Numbered from the stretch's first letter, positions 27,706-37,557 are shown. The stretch: 64,000 bases of DNA from an uncultured Candidatus Actinomarina sp. (GCA_902580215.1 CACHJT010000002.1:72425-136424); one strand, 5' to 3'. The notes: generated from the letters alone by a model not told the origin. Translations and numbers: made by a program.

Positions 27706-28539
27706 ATGCAAGAACTTTTATTTTCGATTACTTATCCTCCAATACCAATAACTCAAGTTGGTCCAATTTCACTTTCTTTGCATGGAGTTTTTGCTGCTGT
27801 AGGTTTTTATTTTGGTGCAAATCATGCCTTAAAATTGTCAGAAGAGGATGGTGCTGACAGTGAATTATTTTCCGAAGCACTTACTTGGGCTATTTTTGGT
27901 GCAATCCTAGGTGCTAGATTTTTTACAATTCCAGCTCAATGGTACGCTAACCCAAATTATGGATTTGATGACATCTTCACTCTTGCCGGAAGCTATTCAA
28001 TTATGGGTGGGATGGCTGGTGGAATAATTGCCGCCTATTTGAAAATTTCAATTCTCAACAAACAAGATTTCAAACAGTATGGAGATTATGCTGCCACAGG
28101 ATTAATACTTGGAACAGTAATTGGAAGAATCGGCGATTTAGCAATTGTAGAGCATCTGGGTAGGGCAACTGATTTCTTCCTTGGTTATGAAATTAAACCA
28201 GGTTATGATGTTGCACCTCAACATAATTCCCTTGAGTGCTTTGAACCTCTGACAACATGTGGAACTTATCACCACGTAGCCATGTACGATTTACTCCTTG
28301 CATTGTTGATCTTTTATATTTTTAGAAATCTTCAGTCTCGCTTTACTTTTGGTAGAGGTTCGTGGATTGGGCTTTGGGCAGTATGGTATGGGTCTCAAAG
28401 AGCTGTTCTTGATACATTAAGATTTGGAATGGGTGATTCAACAATTGGAAGTTTTACTTGGAATCAAATTGGCGGATTGATGTTGGCAATAATTGGATTA
28501 CTTATATTTTTAAGAAATAAAGATTTTAAAACAAACTAA
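27706..28539 (+). CDS. lgt: Prolipoprotein diacylglyceryl transferase
   Basis: An Lgt-like polytopic protein with a GRIGDLAIVEHLG motif and a conserved Y/W-rich C-terminal part. Confidence 0.85.
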   Translation: MQELLFSITYPPIPITQVGPISLSLHGVFAAVGFYFGANHALKLSEEDGADSELFSEALTWAIFGAILGARFFTIPAQWYANPNYGFDDIFTLAGSYSIMGGMAGGIIAAYLKISILNKQDFKQYGDYAATGLILGTVIGRIGDLAIVEHLGRATDFFLGYEIKPGYDVAPQHNSLECFEPLTTCGTYHHVAMYDLLLALLIFYIFRNLQSRFTFGRGSWIGLWAVWYGSQRAVLDTLRFGMGDSTIGSFTWNQIGGLMLAIIGLLIFLRNKDFKTN

Positions 28540-29449
28540 CAAGAAACAGAATATAAGCGACAATAAATAAATATCCGAGTAGGGAATTTCTTTTTATTAC
28601 GTTTCTTGAAAGAAAAATTACAATAAAAGAAACAAAATACATAATAAAAAGCTGATAATCAATTACAGAGCTAATTTCACCAGGACTTATCATTATTGCA
28701 GTTGCTCCGACAAGTCCGATATTAAATAAATTTGAACCAAAAATATTTCCAAAAACTATATCAGGTTTACGCATCTTTGCTGCTGAAATTGTTCCAGCAA
28801 CCTCTGGCAGGCTAGTGCCAATAGCAATAATTGTTGATCCAATAATTAGTGATGACACTCCAAATAGTTCAGCAATTGCAACAGCATTGTCTACAACTAA
28901 CTGGCTTCCATAGAGAGTAGCAAGAAGTGATAATCCACCTCTTAACCATATGTAATTTTTTTCTTCCCCAAGGAGCTCTCCTTCATCGACACTTTCAGTG
29001 CTAATCATTTTATAAATGACATAGATTACAAGAATTAGTAAAACTGCTCCAAGTAAAAAAGGAAACTCATTGGTAAGCACATAAGTAGAAACAAAAACTG
29101 TTGTGAGTATTGCCATCCATACTGGACTGATTTGATTTAATTTTATTTTTTGCGAAAAATCTTTAGGTAATGCTAAATATAACACAGCTACTACAAGTAA
29201 AGAATTAGCAATATTGGAACCTACTATATTACCAATACCAAGATCCAGGTCACCCTTCAGCGCAGCCCCAGTACTTGCAAAAAGTTCCGGAGCAGAAGTG
29301 CCAAATCCAATAAATGTTGCACCAATAATCGAACTCGGAAGTTTGAATTTTAAAGCTATTTGGACTGCAGAGCTAACCATTTCATCAGCTCCCTTTACCA
29401 GTAAGACTAATCCAATCGAAAATCCAACAAGAAGAATTACTATGTCCAT
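28526..29449 (-). CDS. Ca2+/Na+ antiporter (CaCA family, YrbG-like)
   Basis: Two alpha-repeat motifs (GNIVGSNIANSLLV and GNIFGSNLFNIGLV) in a 307-aa polytopic protein. Confidence 0.8.
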   Translation of the reverse strand: MDIVILLVGFSIGLVLLVKGADEMVSSAVQIALKFKLPSSIIGATFIGFGTSAPELFASTGAALKGDLDLGIGNIVGSNIANSLLVVAVLYLALPKDFSQKIKLNQISPVWMAILTTVFVSTYVLTNEFPFLLGAVLLILVIYVIYKMISTESVDEGELLGEEKNYIWLRGGLSLLATLYGSQLVVDNAVAIAELFGVSSLIIGSTIIAIGTSLPEVAGTISAAKMRKPDIVFGNIFGSNLFNIGLVGATAIMISPGEISSVIDYQLFIMYFVSFIVIFLSRNVIKRNSLLGYLFIVAYILFLVSLF

Positions 29450-29461
29450 GATTTCAATTTT

Positions 29462-30277
29462 CTATTTAGAGTCTCTCCATGCAATCCACTCTTTTACTTG
29501 TGTGAGGTCATATCCTGGCCCATTCACAGCAAGCGTAATTTCAGTTGCACCAGCTTCTAACAAATCATCAGCCAAATCTATTCTTTTTATATCAATTCCA
29601 ATTGATCTTTTGATTTCATTTGGATCTCTTCCAACTTTGTCACACCAGTCATTAAGTACATTATTTTTGTGTGCGACTGTCTCAATTCCGCTTCTTTCTT
29701 CAGTTTTTGTAGCAAATCCATGCCATATATCTGCATACTCAGCTACTAATCTTAAGGTAACTTTTTCTCCACCACCACCGATAAGAATAGGGATTTTTCG
29801 TTTAGGTTGAGGATCGAGTTTCCCCATTCTGTTTACAATTCTTTCGAGTGATTTTTCTAATTCTTTCAACCTCCATATTGCAGTGCCAAATTCATAACCA
29901 TACTCTTCATAGTCTTGTTCAAACCAGCCTGAACCTATTCCAAAAATTAATCTGCCATCTGATATATGGTCAACAGTTCTAGCCATATCAGCAAGTAGTT
30001 CTGGATTTCTATATGAATTACATGTTACTAAAGGACCTATCTCGACAGAGTTAGTTACCTCTGCCCAACTTGAAAGCATTGTCCAGCATTCAAAATGTTT
30101 ACCTTCACGCCTTTCTCCTTCAGCCCACTGGGTTCCATCTTCTTTGTATAAGGGGTAAAAATGATCCCAATTGTAAATTACATCTGCACCTATTTTTTCA
30201 GACTCGATTGCCGCAGCCCTTATCTGATCATACTCAGCATGTTGTGGTTGTAAAAATACAGCTATTCTTGGTTTCAT
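29462..30277 (-). CDS. Luciferase-like (LLM class) oxidoreductase, probably F420-dependent (Rv1855c-like)
   Basis: 271 aa with LVTCNSYRNPELLADMARTVDHISDGRLIFGIGSGW, typical of the LLM F420 subfamily. Confidence 0.7.
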   Translation of the reverse strand: MKPRIAVFLQPQHAEYDQIRAAAIESEKIGADVIYNWDHFYPLYKEDGTQWAEGERREGKHFECWTMLSSWAEVTNSVEIGPLVTCNSYRNPELLADMARTVDHISDGRLIFGIGSGWFEQDYEEYGYEFGTAIWRLKELEKSLERIVNRMGKLDPQPKRKIPILIGGGGEKVTLRLVAEYADIWHGFATKTEERSGIETVAHKNNVLNDWCDKVGRDPNEIKRSIGIDIKRIDLADDLLEAGATEITLAVNGPGYDLTQVKEWIAWRDSK

Positions 30278-30288
30278 ATTTATTCTCC

Positions 30289-32802
30289 TTACAGTTCAAA
30301 TTTAGTATTAATAAACTCATCCTTTATTGTGTTTTTAAATTTTATATTTGCATCCAATCGCTCAATATTTTGCCTTGTTATTTTTTCGGCTGATGGAAGT
30401 GGATTTTCATTAACGAAAGATTTAATTTCTTCACTCAGTAACTCGTCATATATTGATGGCAGTGAATCAAGTATTCGGGATGCTGTCCATCCAGGCATTA
30501 ATTCGAGTAAGGCACTCCAATTATTTTTTATTTCTATAAATCCATTAGAAGCATTCTTACTATTTGAAAGTAAAGTAGCGATTATATAAGGGGCATCCGC
30601 TCCTCTGATTGTTTGATCCAAAATTGCTCCAATTACATTTTTTGGAGTATCAGGGTCACTTAATGTACCGATGACTCCTCTGTATCTTGCTTCTATTTGG
30701 GGTGATGATGAATTTTTAAACTTTTCAATATATATTTCTGAGGAACACTCTTGATTCATTCCAGCAATTGATAACACTAAATTAAAATAATTACCATCAG
30801 CGTATTCTTCATATTCATTTGAAATAAATTGATTTGCAAAAAATTCAATAAATTTTGAATCTTCAGTTATCTTTGCATAAGTTCCACAAAGCAAGGATCT
30901 TAACTGGGACTCTTCTTGATCAAATTTATCTTGATAATCTTTTCCTAGAGTTTCTATTAACGGATAGCTAAAATCTTTAACATAATTTTTAAAACTATCA
31001 TTTTCTCCAATTTTGGCAAAGGTAGAAAAGATGCTACTAATTAATGACCAAATATTTACATCTTTTTCGCCTGTGTATAAGTTTAAAAGTTTGATAAAAA
31101 GTGATAGCTTCAACTCACCTATTCGCAATGCCATCCAAGAATCTTCTAAAATCCTATATTTTTCGTTTAAGTCAAGTTTTTCAAAATTTAATAATATTTC
31201 TTCATAGATATCTTCACTATATGATGAGTGAAAAAATGACCAACCACCATTATTTATAAAAGGAATTTCACCATTATTTTCAATCGTAATTGAATCAGAA
31301 TCCAAAATTAACTTATTTACTTTATTGTTATCCAAGTATCTAATATTCAACGGCACGCTCCAAAGAGAGCTGTCGGTGCTTCCATCAATCAAATATTTCT
31401 TTTGAGATATTTTAAAACTGGAACCTTCTTTTTTGATATTTACAATTGGATACCCTTCTTGCTGTATCCACGTAGGAAGAATTTCACTAAGGTTATAAGA
31501 ACTTGCACTTGTAAGTTCGTTCCAAAGGTCAGAAGAATGTGTATTTTTATACTCATATTTTTTAAGATATTTTCTCACACCATCTTTAAAAGTTTCTTCA
31601 CCTATAAATGTTTCAAACATCCTGAGTACGGTAGAACCTTTTTGATAGGTTAATACATCAAACATTTCTTCTGCTTCTTCTGGAGTTTTTACTTCGAACT
31701 CAACTGGCCTTGAAGACTTTAATGAGTCAACTCCAAACCCTCTTGACCTGTCTAGGTTCATCTGATTCCATAATTTAAACTCGGGGTATGTTGCTTCAGA
31801 AGCTATAACTTCCATTAAACTTGCAAATGCTTCATTTAGCCAAATGCCATCCCACCAGTTCATGGTTACCAAGTCCCCGAACCACATATGAGCTAATTCG
31901 TGAGCAATTACTTCAACAGACCTTGATAATTCTGCTCTTGTTGCTTTTTCTACATCAATAAGCAGTAGCGTTTCTCGAAAAGTTACAGCCCCAACATTTT
32001 CCATTGCACCCATAGCAAAATCAGGTATTGCTATAAGATCTAATTTTGATCCTGGATAATTTATCCCGTAATAATCCTCAAAGAAATCCAGAATTTTTAT
32101 TGCAGCTGTGCCAGCAAAATTAGTTTGGTCAGAAAAACCTGGCCTATGCACTATTCCTATGTCAGTTGTTTTTGAAGAACCTATCTTAGAAACTTCTAAT
32201 TTACCAACAACAAAAGCTACTAGGTATGTTGACATTCTCATAGAGTCAACAAACTTAGTTGTAGTTCTATTATTTTCAGTTGATTCATTCAACACTTTTT
32301 CATTACTAATTCTTATCAAATCACTGTCTGTGGTTAAAGCTATGGAAAATATCGCTTTGAATTCTGGCTCATCCCAACAAGGAAAAGCCATTCTCGCTGC
32401 AGTTGGTTCGAACTGAGTAGTCGCAATCCAAACGTCTTTATTTTCTGAATCTTTAAAGCTACTCCTGTAAAACCCTCTTAATTCATCAACTATTGTGGCT
32501 TTGAAATCAAGATAAAGTTGCCAATCTCCTTGGGTAATTTTATCTTCAAAAATAAGTGAAACTCTCTCTTCTTCAGGTAAATAATTAATTGAGGCCTCAA
32601 TATGTTCACCTGAGTCATTTTCTATAAAAGCATTTTCTATATCAATTCCTAATGAGTGAAACTGTAATTCTTTTGTTTCATCAACTATTTCCAAGAAAAC
32701 AACTTCTTTGCCCGTGTAGCTAAATTCATCTAAGTTAATATCTAGATTGATTTCGTATCTGTGAGGTACTGCTATTTTTGGTAGTCTAATGTTTTCATTC
32801 AT
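30289..32802 (-). CDS. pepN: Aminopeptidase N (M1 family)
   Basis: GAMEN exopeptidase motif (GAMENVG) and zinc site HELAHMWFGD...WLNEAFA, in an 837-aa protein. Confidence 0.9.
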   Translation of the reverse strand: MNENIRLPKIAVPHRYEINLDINLDEFSYTGKEVVFLEIVDETKELQFHSLGIDIENAFIENDSGEHIEASINYLPEEERVSLIFEDKITQGDWQLYLDFKATIVDELRGFYRSSFKDSENKDVWIATTQFEPTAARMAFPCWDEPEFKAIFSIALTTDSDLIRISNEKVLNESTENNRTTTKFVDSMRMSTYLVAFVVGKLEVSKIGSSKTTDIGIVHRPGFSDQTNFAGTAAIKILDFFEDYYGINYPGSKLDLIAIPDFAMGAMENVGAVTFRETLLLIDVEKATRAELSRSVEVIAHELAHMWFGDLVTMNWWDGIWLNEAFASLMEVIASEATYPEFKLWNQMNLDRSRGFGVDSLKSSRPVEFEVKTPEEAEEMFDVLTYQKGSTVLRMFETFIGEETFKDGVRKYLKKYEYKNTHSSDLWNELTSASSYNLSEILPTWIQQEGYPIVNIKKEGSSFKISQKKYLIDGSTDSSLWSVPLNIRYLDNNKVNKLILDSDSITIENNGEIPFINNGGWSFFHSSYSEDIYEEILLNFEKLDLNEKYRILEDSWMALRIGELKLSLFIKLLNLYTGEKDVNIWSLISSIFSTFAKIGENDSFKNYVKDFSYPLIETLGKDYQDKFDQEESQLRSLLCGTYAKITEDSKFIEFFANQFISNEYEEYADGNYFNLVLSIAGMNQECSSEIYIEKFKNSSSPQIEARYRGVIGTLSDPDTPKNVIGAILDQTIRGADAPYIIATLLSNSKNASNGFIEIKNNWSALLELMPGWTASRILDSLPSIYDELLSEEIKSFVNENPLPSAEKITRQNIERLDANIKFKNTIKDEFINTKFEL

Positions 32803-32827
32803 TTAAAAATATTAGTAAGAATTTAAA

Positions 32828-34180
32828 TCAATCCCAGTCCAAGTGGATAAATTCGTCAGAATTTTTAAATTGCACCTGATGTGCACCGAAATAATCTCTT
32901 TGAGCTTGAATTAATGCAGAGGGATTAAATGTACTTGATGTTCCTACAAACCAGTTGTATGACGAATTTATAACAGGAATTGAGATACCGCTATCAATGC
33001 ACGATTTAATTACTTCTTTTGCATCACTGAGATTATTCTGTAATAAATCTTGAACAGAAGGGGTTGTAGTAATAGGGTTCAGCAGCTTTGCATTACCCAA
33101 TTCATTTAGAAGATCAGATCTAATAATGCAACCAGCTGACCAATTCTGCAAGACTTCTTTCAAATCTATATCTAATTGCTCTTTGTTACTCACATGCTGG
33201 ATAAAGAGCAAACCTTGAATCATTGTTGCTAGTCTTGCAAAATATATTGCGTTGTTTAAAGATTCTGAAGAAATATCTATCAACTGTCCATCAATATTTT
33301 TTGACCATAAGTTTTCATAGTTACTCTCCACCCTTGCATTGAATGCTTCAAAGACACTAGGTAATGGAAAACCATAGTTAAGTGATGTCTCAACTGTTAG
33401 TTTGCCTGTCCCTTTATGATTTGCAGTAGATTGTATTTGATCAAGTAAATACCCTGAATCGTTTTTCTTTAATAAAATTTCTGAAGTTATTTCAATTAAG
33501 TATGAAGATCTATTTTGTGTGGAAAATTTCTTGAAAAACTCACTTATCTCAATATTGGTATAGTTTGCTTTTTTTAAAATATGGTAAGCCTCAGTAATAA
33601 TTTGCATTTCAGCATACTCAATACCGTTGTGAAGCATTTTAATAAAATGGCCAGTTCCATAACCTTTATAAAACCCAATACTTAGGGAGTTTTCATAACT
33701 CGCAGCTATTGAAGATAAAGAATCTTTTAATTCATTATTAATTGATTTCTCTGAACCAATCATTAAGGCCGGGCCATTTCTTGCACCCTCTTCTCCTCCC
33801 GAAACACCCATTCCTATAAAATCTATCTCTTTCTTAGCACACAGAGCACCCAGTCTGCTGCTGTCAAGATAGTATGCATTACCCCCGTCAATCAATATGT
33901 CATTTGGTTCGAGATAGTTAATTACTTTTTTTGCCATATCGAATGTTGGTTTACCAGATGGAATTAGCATAAGAATTTTTCTCGGTTTTGGTAAAGATTC
34001 TATAAAATTCTCGAGGTCAGTAGATCCAGAAATGTTCCCGTTAGAGTCTTTCTCTATAAGAGAATTAATCTTATCTTCAGATTGATTAAATACGTGAACA
34101 GACGTGCCCTTTTCAGAAAAATTAAGAGCAATATTGCTACCCATTACCCCAATACCAATTAAACCAATAGATTTAGTCAT
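32828..34180 (-). CDS. gnd: 6-phosphogluconate dehydrogenase (decarboxylating)
   Basis: GLIGIGVMGSNIALN Rossmann start, IDGGNAYY and GMGVSGGEEGARNGPALM motifs, in a 450-aa protein. Confidence 0.9.
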   Translation of the reverse strand: MTKSIGLIGIGVMGSNIALNFSEKGTSVHVFNQSEDKINSLIEKDSNGNISGSTDLENFIESLPKPRKILMLIPSGKPTFDMAKKVINYLEPNDILIDGGNAYYLDSSRLGALCAKKEIDFIGMGVSGGEEGARNGPALMIGSEKSINNELKDSLSSIAASYENSLSIGFYKGYGTGHFIKMLHNGIEYAEMQIITEAYHILKKANYTNIEISEFFKKFSTQNRSSYLIEITSEILLKKNDSGYLLDQIQSTANHKGTGKLTVETSLNYGFPLPSVFEAFNARVESNYENLWSKNIDGQLIDISSESLNNAIYFARLATMIQGLLFIQHVSNKEQLDIDLKEVLQNWSAGCIIRSDLLNELGNAKLLNPITTTPSVQDLLQNNLSDAKEVIKSCIDSGISIPVINSSYNWFVGTSSTFNPSALIQAQRDYFGAHQVQFKNSDEFIHLDWD

Positions 34181-35496
34181 GATAAAAGTTTAACAACATC
34201 TTTTTGAAGCAGATTTTCTAGGTAATAATTTCTAATTTCTACAGAAACTTCTAACCCCTCTTCAATATTTTTAACACTTACGATGGAAGAATACTTGTGT
34301 AGTTGATCCAAGTCCTTAGGCGATATTAAAAGCGAAACTTCATTTAGATCACCAAAGACATTTGTTGTAATCTCAGAAATTAATTTTTTAATATTTGTCC
34401 CTTTTGTTGATGATACAAATATTGCATCTTGATATTTTTCCGTTAAATAATTTAAAGACGCCTTGTCAATTCTATCTATTTTATTAAAAACCAATATTTC
34501 AGGCACATCTGCTTCAATCTGGTCTAGTATTTCATGCACTGTATTTATGTGCATTTCGGGTATTGCAGATGCTGCGTCAACAACATGAATTAATAAATTT
34601 GCTTCTTTAACAACTGTAAGTGTTGATTTAAAAGATTCGATCAATGTTGTTGGAAGATTTTGAATAAACCCAACTGTGTCCGAGAGTATGATGTGCTCAT
34701 TTATTCCATCAATTTTTAACTCTCTTTGTAAAGAATCAACAGTTGCAAATAACTCATTAGCTACATATGTTTTCGAAGACGTAATTTTTTCTAGCATGGT
34801 AGATTTTCCTGCATTCGTATAACCAACAATTGAAACAAGAGGTGTATTATTTTTCTTTCTAAAGCTAGATTGCACTTCTCTTTGTTTACTAACTTTTTTA
34901 ATTTCCCTTTTTAATTTATTAATTCTGTTGTCAATTAATCTATTGTCTGTTTCAAGCTTTGTTTCACCAGGTCCTCTTGTTCCTATACCACCGCCCTGCT
35001 GATTCAAAGTTTTACCTAAGCCAGCTAAACGTGGTTTTAAGTAAATTGATAAAGCTAATTCAACTTGTAAGCTGGCTTCCTTTGACTGAGCATGAAGTGC
35101 AAATATGTCAAGGATAAGACCAGTTCTGTCTACCACATCACACTTGAATAAAGCTCTCAATTCTTTTTGTTGGTTTGGAGTTAATTCGCAATCAAATAAA
35201 ACGACATCAATATCATTTGCATCTGAGATATCTACCAATTCTTTTATAGAACCTTTACCAATAAAAGTTTTAGGATCAATTTTTTCTACCCTTTTAGTCT
35301 GGATTATTGTTGGACTTGATCCAGCAGTTTTTACTAAATTAACAAGCTCTTTAAGAGACTCTTCCTTGTCAGCTCTTATTTCATTTTTTAAGACTATTCC
35401 AATTAATAATGCTTTTTGAGTAGTGACAAAGATATCTCTATCAGATACTGTTAGAAGCCTTCTGTCTGATTGGTTTGGATTATTTCTCTGATTCAA
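34177..35496 (-). CDS. hflX: GTPase HflX
   Basis: HflX N-terminal domain plus G motifs (GYTNAGKST, DTVGFI, NKID). The TTG start directly abuts the upstream stop. Confidence 0.9.
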   Translation of the reverse strand: MNQRNNPNQSDRRLLTVSDRDIFVTTQKALLIGIVLKNEIRADKEESLKELVNLVKTAGSSPTIIQTKRVEKIDPKTFIGKGSIKELVDISDANDIDVVLFDCELTPNQQKELRALFKCDVVDRTGLILDIFALHAQSKEASLQVELALSIYLKPRLAGLGKTLNQQGGGIGTRGPGETKLETDNRLIDNRINKLKREIKKVSKQREVQSSFRKKNNTPLVSIVGYTNAGKSTMLEKITSSKTYVANELFATVDSLQRELKIDGINEHIILSDTVGFIQNLPTTLIESFKSTLTVVKEANLLIHVVDAASAIPEMHINTVHEILDQIEADVPEILVFNKIDRIDKASLNYLTEKYQDAIFVSSTKGTNIKKLISEITTNVFGDLNEVSLLISPKDLDQLHKYSSIVSVKNIEEGLEVSVEIRNYYLENLLQKDVVKLLS

Positions 35497-35826
35497 TTAT
35501 TTCATTATAGGTAATTGGCCATTTTCAGAAGATTTAGAAAGCTCTTCTTCAGCAATAATTTGAGATTCTCTAACTGCTAAAACTACTTTTCCAGTTGGAG
35601 GCCAGATAAATTTCCATGCACCACTAGCTACAGCCCAGAACTGCTGTCCTGTATCAACATCAATAAGAGGAAGTGCTTCTGAAGTTTTTTCACTGCCAGC
35701 TGGTACAAGAAGTCCTGACTTAGTAATGGTCTCTTCTTTTAAGTGACCAACTCTCCAACCTGGAGAAACCTTGAATCCAGCAGGTGCTTCTTGCACCTCA
35801 TCTAATAAGCTTTTTTCTTCTGCCAT
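35497..35826 (-). CDS. Hypothetical 109-aa protein (weak GroES-like resemblance)
   Basis: A clean ORF with an ATG start that fills the gap between tRNA-Sec and hflX. The segments ETITKSGLLVPAGSEKTSE and VLAVRESQIIAEEE faintly recall the GroES mobile loop and C-terminus. No confident family. Confidence 0.5.
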   Translation of the reverse strand: MAEEKSLLDEVQEAPAGFKVSPGWRVGHLKEETITKSGLLVPAGSEKTSEALPLIDVDTGQQFWAVASGAWKFIWPPTGKVVLAVRESQIIAEEELSKSSENGQLPIMK

Positions 35827-35861
35827 TTTTCTATATTAAACATGTATATCTTATAAAGTAG

Positions 35862-35953
35862 CGGAGGTGGACAGGAATCGAACCTGCCAAAGACTTTTAC
35901 ACCTTTCAACAGTTTTGAAGACTGTGGAGCCCACCAGGCGCTCATTCACCTCC
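35862..35953 (-). tRNA. selC: tRNA-Sec (anticodon UCA) with a long variable arm, 92 nt, no encoded CCA
   Basis: The reverse complement reads GGAGGTGAATGAGCGCCTGGTGGGCTCCACAGTCTTCAAAACTGTTGAAAGGTGTAAAAGTCTTTGGCAGGTTCGATTCCTGTCCACCTCCG. The acceptor GGAGGTG pairs with CACCTCC. The anticodon stem ACAGT/ACTGT encloses the loop CTTCAAA, giving anticodon UCA. The extra arm is ~21 nt, the T arm is CAGG-TTCGATT-CCTG, and the discriminator is G. Confidence 0.85.
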
Positions 35954-36004
35954 GTACTTAAGACTAGTTATATAAAAAAAATTATATTGAATAGAATTAA
36001 AGTA

Positions 36005-36607
36005 ATGAATAATTTTCAAATAGAATTTAAAAGACTTAAAGCTGATAGAGGCTTAAGTAATAAACAGATCGCTTCTTTTACAGGGGTAAAAGTAAAAGAT
36101 GTTAAGCAATGGGAAGCTGGAACAAGTTTTCCTACGGATAAAAAAATTATTAATGCTCTTGAAGGATTGTTAGGTACTGAAATAACACAGACACTTGATG
36201 GGTTCTCAACAGAACAACTAAAAGAAGTAGGTTCATTATTAACTGAAGAAAGTCTCTTCTCAATAAAAAATGATGATGTGCAAATTAAACAAACTAGAAT
36301 TGATAAACTTCGAAATACCTTCCAAAGAAAAGAATCAACACTAAATGATTTTGATTATGAATCAGTTGAGGTTTCTGAGGTAAAAGAAGAAACTTTAGAA
36401 GAATATCTTACAAAACCAGTACAAACTACTAATCTTCTTGAATTTTCCGACGAAGAGCCATACATATATGATCAAAAACAAATTGGATTTTATTTCACTC
36501 GAAATCTCAAAACAACTGCTTTGCTTCTGGTGCTTTGTATTGTTATTTATAATTCATTCTCCTTATTTTGGGATTCACTTAGAACATTTTTAGATAATTT
36601 ATTGTGA
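36005..36607 (+). CDS. Membrane-anchored XRE-type helix-turn-helix protein (RodZ/anti-sigma-like topology)
   Basis: From ATG 36005 the protein reads MNNFQIEFKRLKADRGLSNKQIASFTGVKVKDVKQWEAG (HTH). It continues with an acidic linker and a single C-terminal TM segment (TTALLLVLCIVIYNSFSLFW). The track's longer N-terminus (35867) overlaps the tRNA and was discarded. Confidence 0.6.
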   Translation: MNNFQIEFKRLKADRGLSNKQIASFTGVKVKDVKQWEAGTSFPTDKKIINALEGLLGTEITQTLDGFSTEQLKEVGSLLTEESLFSIKNDDVQIKQTRIDKLRNTFQRKESTLNDFDYESVEVSEVKEETLEEYLTKPVQTTNLLEFSDEEPYIYDQKQIGFYFTRNLKTTALLLVLCIVIYNSFSLFWDSLRTFLDNLL

Positions 36608-37494
36608 AAGTCGAGTCTTACGCAAAAGCAGGTCTTTTATTATCAATAGCCTCAATTTTGGCTGGTGCATTTGTTAGGGCTACTGGGTCTGGAGATGGAT
36701 GTGGAGCTACATGGCCTACATGTAAAGGAAAGATAATCCCTGCATTATCAGATACTTCAGAGTTAATTGAATTTTCCCATCGTTCTGTAAGTGGAGTTTT
36801 ATTAGTTGTTACTTTGATAATTTTTGCAAAGACTAGGAAATTTCAAAAAGACTCTTTAGTAAGAATAGTAACTAATTACCTTACCTTTTTTGTAATTTTT
36901 GAGGCGCTAATCGGTGCAGTAATTGTCATTTTTGAATGGGTAGGTCTTAATAGTTCACTTCCAAGAATCATTGCAGTTCCAATTCATTTAGTAAACACTT
37001 TTGGTTTGCTAGGGAGTTACGCAATATTATATAAAATACTTCAAGACGATCTTCAGAACATAAAAAATATGTTCAACAAAAACTTTTTATTAATTTCTTC
37101 TTTGTTTCTTCTTAGTGGAGCAACCGGCTCAATCACTGCTTTAGCTGACGTCTTATTTCCAAGCGCTTCATTTGTTGAAGGATTTTTAGCAGATTTTGAC
37201 AGAACATCTGAAGTGTTGACTAGATTAAGAATTTTACACCCAATTATTTCCTCAACACTATCAATAGTTCTATATGTTTACGCAATTGGGATTAGAAAAA
37301 AATTTAATGTAAGCGTTAAACCATTACAAATATTAATACTTATTGCTGTATTTCTGGGAGTCATAAATGTTTTATCCAATATAGTTCTGCCTTTAAGCAT
37401 ATTGCACTTAGCAATTGCCGATTTTTTGTGGATTTCCTATATATATGTAAGCATTGATCTTTCAAAAAATAATTTATTTATCAATTCGCTTTAA
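36604..37494 (+). CDS. ctaA: Heme A synthase (COX15/CtaA family)
   Basis: A polytopic 296-aa protein with an N-terminal GSGDGCGATWPTCKG motif and conserved His residues in TM helices (EFSHR, PIHL, LHP). GTGA overlap with the upstream gene. Confidence 0.8.
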   Translation: MKVESYAKAGLLLSIASILAGAFVRATGSGDGCGATWPTCKGKIIPALSDTSELIEFSHRSVSGVLLVVTLIIFAKTRKFQKDSLVRIVTNYLTFFVIFEALIGAVIVIFEWVGLNSSLPRIIAVPIHLVNTFGLLGSYAILYKILQDDLQNIKNMFNKNFLLISSLFLLSGATGSITALADVLFPSASFVEGFLADFDRTSEVLTRLRILHPIISSTLSIVLYVYAIGIRKKFNVSVKPLQILILIAVFLGVINVLSNIVLPLSILHLAIADFLWISYIYVSIDLSKNNLFINSL

Positions 37495-37557
37495 ATTAAT
37501 TGCCGGTATATTATTCATCTCTGTAACTGAATAGCAAGCATAAAGGTCAAAATACTA

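Noticed and set aside
29214-29810. A 198-aa plus-strand ORF spanning the junction of the antiporter and LLM oxidoreductase genes.
   Set aside because: It is antisense to two well-supported minus-strand genes and crosses their intergenic spacer. No motifs.
35867-36004. The N-terminal 46 codons of the track ORF 35867..36607 (MDRNRTCQRLLHLSTVLKTVEPTRR...).
   Set aside because: This stretch is the reverse complement of the tRNA-Sec gene and its flank. A clean ATG at 36005 begins the recognisable HTH domain, so the extension is an artefact of longest-ORF calling.
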